Positions 58,345-64,000 of a DNA stretch of 64,000 bases are shown piece after piece. The notes under the pieces are model-generated. The model was given only the letters and a program-made list of their open reading frames with translations. It had not been told where the DNA came from and ran no database searches. Position numbers and translations under genes: made by a program. Position 1 is the first letter of the stretch; every line of letters begins with the position of its first letter. Origin of the DNA: Monocercomonoides exilis PA203 (taxonomy: Eukaryota; Protista; Preaxostyla); NCBI GenBank assembly GCA_001643675.2, contig LSRY02000033.1, positions 744,001-808,000 on the forward strand. Reading direction: 5' to 3'.

Positions 58345-61300
58345 ATGTTCATAAAAGAGTTAATAATCAACGGATTTAAATCTTATCGTCAAGCAACGAG
58401 AATTCGAGGTTTTGATCCGACTTTCACCGCAATCACAGGATTAAATGGAAGTGGAAAATCAAACATTCTTGATGCTATATGCTTTGTACTCGGAATTTCT
58501 CGATTAGAGCAGGTTTTGTTATCATGCTCCATTGAATCAGATCGAATTTTTAATTTTTCCTCGACAAAACTTTGAATAAATATTAAATTTCCAAAATTTC
58601 CTTCAGGTTCGAGCTTTGTCGCATATGGATCTTGTATACAAACAAGGACAAACTGATATTAAAACTGCAAGTGTAAGCATTGTGTTTGATAACACAGATA
58701 AGCTTCAAAGCCCCGCAGGATATGAGCAGTGCGAAGAAATAATTGTGACAAGAACTGTTTGATAAAATATTTTATTAAACCTTGAGCGTTTCATCTTATT
58801 CAAATGATTATTCAACGAATTTTTATGACGTTATATTTCAAAAATTATTAGATTCAAGTTGGAAAACAGCCAAAGTATTATTTAAATGGAAATCAAGCCC
58901 AACCAGCACGCGTCCAACAACTTTTTCAGTCAGTTTCATTAAATATAAACAATCCTCATTTTTTGATTATGCAGGGGCAAATTACAAAAGTTTTAAACAT
59001 GAAACCAGGAGAGATCCTGGGAATGATTGAAGAAGCAGCCGGAACGAAAATGTTTGAAAAGAAAAAAGTTTCTTCAATAAAGATGATGGAGCGAAAGGAC
59101 AAAAAGTTAGAAGAAATCGATCGTGTTCTGAAAGAAACGATTGAACCAACACTAGACCGGCTGGCAAAAGAGCAAGAACAATACATGCGATGGGAGACAA
59201 TTAAGGGCGAAATCGAAATAATGGAAAAGAAGTTTGAGGGAATGCAATTTTATTGTCTTGTGAAGCGGTGGGAAAAGGAAGAAGAGAAAAAAGATGAGAA
59301 AGAGCGGGCGTTTGAAGACGTAACACACAAGATGGAGGAGCTGAGAGAGACCCGAGAAGAGCGAAAGCGGGAGAACACACAGGCGCTGAGTGAGGCTGAA
59401 GATAAGATGGGGAAAGTGCTGGAGATGTTTGGGGAGCAAGTTGAAGGGAAAGAGGAGAAGCAGAAGAGAGGCGAAAAGGAAGGGAAAAGGAAGCAGAAAG
59501 CGAGCAGAGGGAAAAAGAAGGGGCAGAAAGGGAAGATGGACATTGAAGGAGAAGAAGATCAAGAAGATGAAGAAGAAGATGATGATGAAGAAAACGACGG
59601 TGATGCAGAAGATGCTAATGATACAGAAAAAGCCAAAGGGAAAGGGAGCTCCAAAGGGAAAGGGGCCGACCGAGAGAAAGAGAAAGCCGAAGAGAAAGAG
59701 CTGAACAAGTCGTTTGCAGATCTGTTTATGCGCTTCACAGAGCTGCGGATGATGACAGAGAAAAGAGCAAGAGACGCTGCGGCGGATGTGCGCGATGCAG
59801 AAAACGAGGCGGCTGAAGAAAGAAAGAGCCTCAAAGAGCTGAAGGAGGAGCTGCAGGAGCTGCAGAGGAGAAAAGAAGAAGGCGCGGAGATGGTGAAGAC
59901 ACTTGCCACGCGGTTGGCAGAGGCAGAGGAAGTGTATGAATCGAAGCAGAAGCGAATGGACGAGGTTGCGCTGTCGCTTGCCTCGTCTTCGTCGGCTGCT
60001 TCGTCTTCGGCTTCGTCGTCTTCGCAGCCATCGGCAGCAGCAAGCGGCGAAAGAGAAGAGGAAGCGATCATTCGGGTGCTGAAGGAGGAGCTGAGGGCGA
60101 TGGAAGAGGAAGTGGTGGAGTTGGATCGCGATGCAGCAGCACTGAAGAAACGCATCCACAACAGAGAGAACGACAGGCGGAAATACGAAGAGATTGCAAA
60201 GAGAGAGGAAGAGGAAAAGAAGAAAGCGGAGGCAAAAATCGAGCGGTTGGAGGAGGAGATTCGAGAAGGAAAGAAAACTCTGACGGAGTTGGCTTCTCAA
60301 TACGAAGAGCTGACAACTGCATCACGTCGCTATTCTTCAGCTTCGTCTGCTTCATCATCATCATCTGCATCATCATCTTCTGTTTCATCTCATTCATCGC
60401 CAAATGACTATCACATGCAGCTGCAAGAGAGGATGAATGCGATTCAGAGGCAGCAGCAAGACATGCGAAAGAACATAGCCCAGCTGATGGCGCAGCTGTC
60501 GATGTGCTTCTTCGAAGGAGATCGGATGTGGGATTCTCAGACAGAAATAGAAGAACAGAAGGAGAGAGAAAGACAAGGCAGCAGCGACAGAAGAGGGACA
60601 AGTGCATTGGGAATGGAAGGAGAAGGAGAAGAAGACAGAAGGCGAAGCAGGAGTGGAAGAAGAGATACAACCATTTCATCATCATCATCATCTTCTTCTT
60701 CATCAAGACACACTTCTTCCTCCTCTGCTTCATCCTCCTCTTCCTCTTCTTCTTCTTCAATCATGTCACCACTTCGCTCGTTCTCCAACATTTGCTATCG
60801 GAATGAGGAGTATGGCAATGTGTGCACGCTGTTTGAGCTGCGCAACCCAGCCACAGATGTGATGCTGGAAGTGGTTGGAGGGAAGCGGCTGTTCAGTCTG
60901 GTTGTTTCGACAGCGCTGAAAGGGAAGGAAGTGCTGGAGAGGCTGAAGAGAGAGGGGGGAGGAGGCGCTGGAAGATCAGTGGTGATCATCCCGCTGGACA
61001 AGATTCAGGCGTGGACGCTGCAGCAGCGGCAGATTGAGGTGGCAAGAGACATTTTGAGGAAGAAGTACCCAAAAGCAGCAGCAGAAGCTGGGACGTCGCT
61101 GGCAGTCTATGAAGACGTCAACTCCCCTCTGTTTGTGTGTCCAGCGCTTGATCTGATCAGATACCCGCCAGAAGTGAAGAAGGCGATGACGTATGTGTTT
61201 GGGACGACGCTGGTGACGTCTTCGATGGAGAATGCGCAGCTGATTGCGTTTGACCCGCGGGTGAGGGCGCGTGTGGTGACAATCGAAGGAGACGTGATGG

Positions 61301-63826
61301 ATCCGCAGGGGCTGGTGACGGGCGGGTCGAGGAGAGGGATGATGCACGGGGAGACGATCTTGGGCAGGCTCGAACGGCTCAGGAACCTCAGGAGAGAGGA
61401 GAAGAGAATGGAGGTTTGGAGGCGGGAGGGGAAAGAAGAGGGATTGGTGGATAAAATGTGGGGGTTTTTATTTATTTCATTTTTTGAGGAATTTATATGA
61501 ATGAGAAAGAAGAAAGATAATTTTTCTATTTATTTGAACTTTTTTTAATATCATATTTTTATTTATTGCTTCATTCTTTTTACTCTATTTTTATTTCTTT
61601 TCAATTATTTCTGATAATTTCAGAAGGAACAGCGTGATCTTGAAAGAGAACTACGGACATTGGACAACCTGCTTCGTGCGATCAGAGAGAAGTCAGCAGA
61701 TGTTGAGCTGAAAGAACACGAATTGGTGCTTTTAAAGGGAAGCAGAAGAAGAGGAGACGAGAGAGGCAGCAGCGGAAGTGACAGCTCACTTGGGAATGAA
61801 GAAGGAGGAATGAGAAGATGGGAGAGAGAAGACAAAGAAGACAAGGAGCGATTGGAGGAAGGGATGAAGAAGAGGCAGCAGAAGCAGATGAGCATAGAGG
61901 AGATGAAAGAAAGAGTGAACCAGATACAAAAATCGATTGAAGATATGAAGAGAGAAGAGAAGGAGAAAGGGATGTCAGCAAAGCGAGAGAAGGAAAACGA
62001 GCAAAGAAAGAGCGATTTGAAGAAGCGAGTACTGGATGATCTGCGGAAGGAGGTGAAGAACGAGCTGAAGACAGTTCAGAACATCAAAAAGAAGAAGGAG
62101 ACACAAGAAATGGACTTGGCAGAGATGGAGAAGAGGATAGAAGCACTGCAAATAGTTGAGATACCAGCGAAGGAGAAGGAGATTGAGGCGATCCAGAAGA
62201 AGCTGGAGGAAGAGCTGATTCCGCAGAGGGAGAAGAGAAAGAGAGAGAACGAGAGGCTGAAGGAGAAGGAAAAAGAGGTGAAAGGAGTGAAAGAAGAGGT
62301 GGAGAGGAGGAAGAGACAGATGAAAGATTTGGAAGAGGAGGAGAGGCAGAGCGAGGTTAGGCTCACACAACTGAGGATTGTGCTGAAGAAGGCGATTGAC
62401 GAGGCAAAAGCAGTGAAAAACGAAGTCGATCACAGAAGAAGAAGAAGCCCTTGGCTTTCTCAAATTGAAAGGTGTGATATTATTCACTTTTGATTCCCAT
62501 ACTTTCAATGTATTTTTTAATTTGCTCAATCAATTTTTTTTTCATTATGGATTATTATTACTCATATTCATAAATAAATATATTAATATTAATATTTCCC
62601 CATTAATTGACCTCTTGTTCTATTTATTTGCAGGCAATTTGATGTTCCAGGGAGCGACTTTGACTTCCGCGAGAGAGAGATGCCAGCGCTGGACGAGATG
62701 AAGAAAGAGCTGGTCACAAAACGAGAGGAGCTGAGGCGTCTGTCAGAGAGAGTGAACAAAAAGGGGATTGGAGTGCTGGAGAGGACAGAGAAGGAGTTCA
62801 AAGACTTGACAGAGAAGAGGAAGAAAGTGGTGGAAGACAAAGAGAAGATATCGAAGGTGATTGAAGAGCTCGACAAGAAGAAGATAGAAACACTCCACAC
62901 AACATGGAAGCAGGTCAACACGTTTGCTTTGCTCTTTTGTTATTATTATCACATTTTCTCATTCAATTTAATGTAAAAATTATTCATTTTTTTTTCCTGT
63001 TTATTTTCACTTCCTTTTTTGTATGCCCCAGTGATTTTGGAGCGATATTTTCAGAGCTTCTGCCAGGAGCCTTTGCGAAACTAGAACCTCCATCACAATG
63101 GAGCGATGATACAGCAACAGCATCTTCATCAACCACACCCAGCGGAAGAGGCGGAGGAGGAGAAGAAGAAGAGAAGATGTTATCTCTGTCTGAAACTGGC
63201 CTTGAAGTCAAAGTGGCGTTTGGCGATGTGTGGAAGGAGTCACTTGCTGAGCTGAGTGGTGGGCAAAGGTATTTTAATTGTATTTATTCTGATTTGTCAT
63301 CATCATCATTTATTTATTTATTTTTATTTGATATAACTAACCTATTTGTTTCAGATCACTTCTTGCATTATCGCTTGTTCTCTCTCTTCTTGTGTTCCAC
63401 CCAGCGCCTCTGTACATTCTGGATGAGATTGATGCTGCACTCGATCTTTCCCACACAGAAAACATTGGAAGGCTGCTCAAGACGAAATTTGGCAAAGAAG
63501 CATCGCTCAAAGCTGGGCGGCCGCCTGCGCAGTTTCTTGTTGTTTCGCTGAAGGAAGGAATGTTTTCGAATGCGAATGTGCTGTTTCAGGTGCGCTTTGT
63601 TGATGGCACTTCAACCGTCACACGGATATCTGACTCAAGCAAAGAAGGAGGAAGAGGAGGAAAGAAAATGATCACTGGCGGGCGTTCAAGTGGATCTGAT
63701 TCGCGACATTCAACAGAAGAGAAACAAAGAGACAAGAAAAAACGCGACCAAGAGGAAGAAGACGAAATTCAATTTGTTGATGATGAGGCCATCTCAGGTC
63801 CAAAGAAAAGACCAAGACTCATCTAA
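58345..63826 (+). CDS. SMC2: Condensin subunit SMC2; join(58345..58512,58607..58756,58852..61413,61624..62471,62634..62921,63032..63268,63355..63826)
   Basis: GFKSY, Walker [23 protein letters not shown]2-typical [22 protein letters not shown], hinge [45 protein letters not shown] and [16 protein letters not shown]. Six in-frame introns. Confidence 0.96.
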
Positions 63827-64000
63827 CATTACACTTCTACACTTTTTCACAGTTCGCATTTCACTTTTATGCTTGTATTTTGCGTTTTCTAGTTATATTT
63901 TTGTTGAAGTTTTTTATTTGTTGAATTAATTGAAAGACAATTACAATCGTTTTTTTTTCTTGTTAAACCGTTTAATTAATTTTTGTAGTGGGAAACAGAT

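Noticed and set aside
59152-60300. Long antisense or alternate-frame ORFs (also 18565-19221, 25048-25680, 25918-26607)
   Set aside because: Shadows of GAA/TCT-rich coding sequence, which lacks stops in other frames; no motifs.
1-64000. Alternative genetic code (TAA/TAG = Gln, known in some oxymonads)
   Set aside because: Multi-kb ORFs are free of TAR codons, and conserved genes end at TAA where expected (MEMO1, glycogen phosphorylase).

Overview
Gene-dense, AT-rich, intron-containing eukaryotic DNA read with the standard genetic code. Short GT-AG introns, very long TCT/GAA-microsatellite-derived poly-Ser/poly-Glu tracts and one multigene-family remnant suggest a metamonad (oxymonad, Monocercomonoides-like) protist; this assignment is an inference. 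Recognisable genes, in order: a 5'-truncated Piezo channel, RAD17, MED14, an RNI-like LRR protein, RTRAF/C14orf166, tRNA-Ile(UAU), a prokaryote-like MEMO1/AmmeMemoRadiSam-B, two apparently identical head-to-head copies of a SHIPPO/ODF3-like PGP-repeat gene, glycogen phosphorylase, a decayed pogo/DDE_1 transposase and SMC2. There are also several low-complexity hypothetical genes. The most striking structures are two long, apparently perfect inverted duplications about 8 kb apart (arms 1237 bp and 418 bp, spacers 72 and 67 bp); the larger duplicates an entire 4-exon gene. Other highlights: a strongly non-canonical 5' splice-site profile (GTDTG; +4 U in 25 of 26 hand-inferred introns), a probable GC-AG intron adding a PP1-docking RVxF motif, and an unannotated ~120-aa domain shared by two hypothetical proteins. 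All exon boundaries were inferred by hand from frame continuity and recalled family motifs, not from RNA data or database searches.
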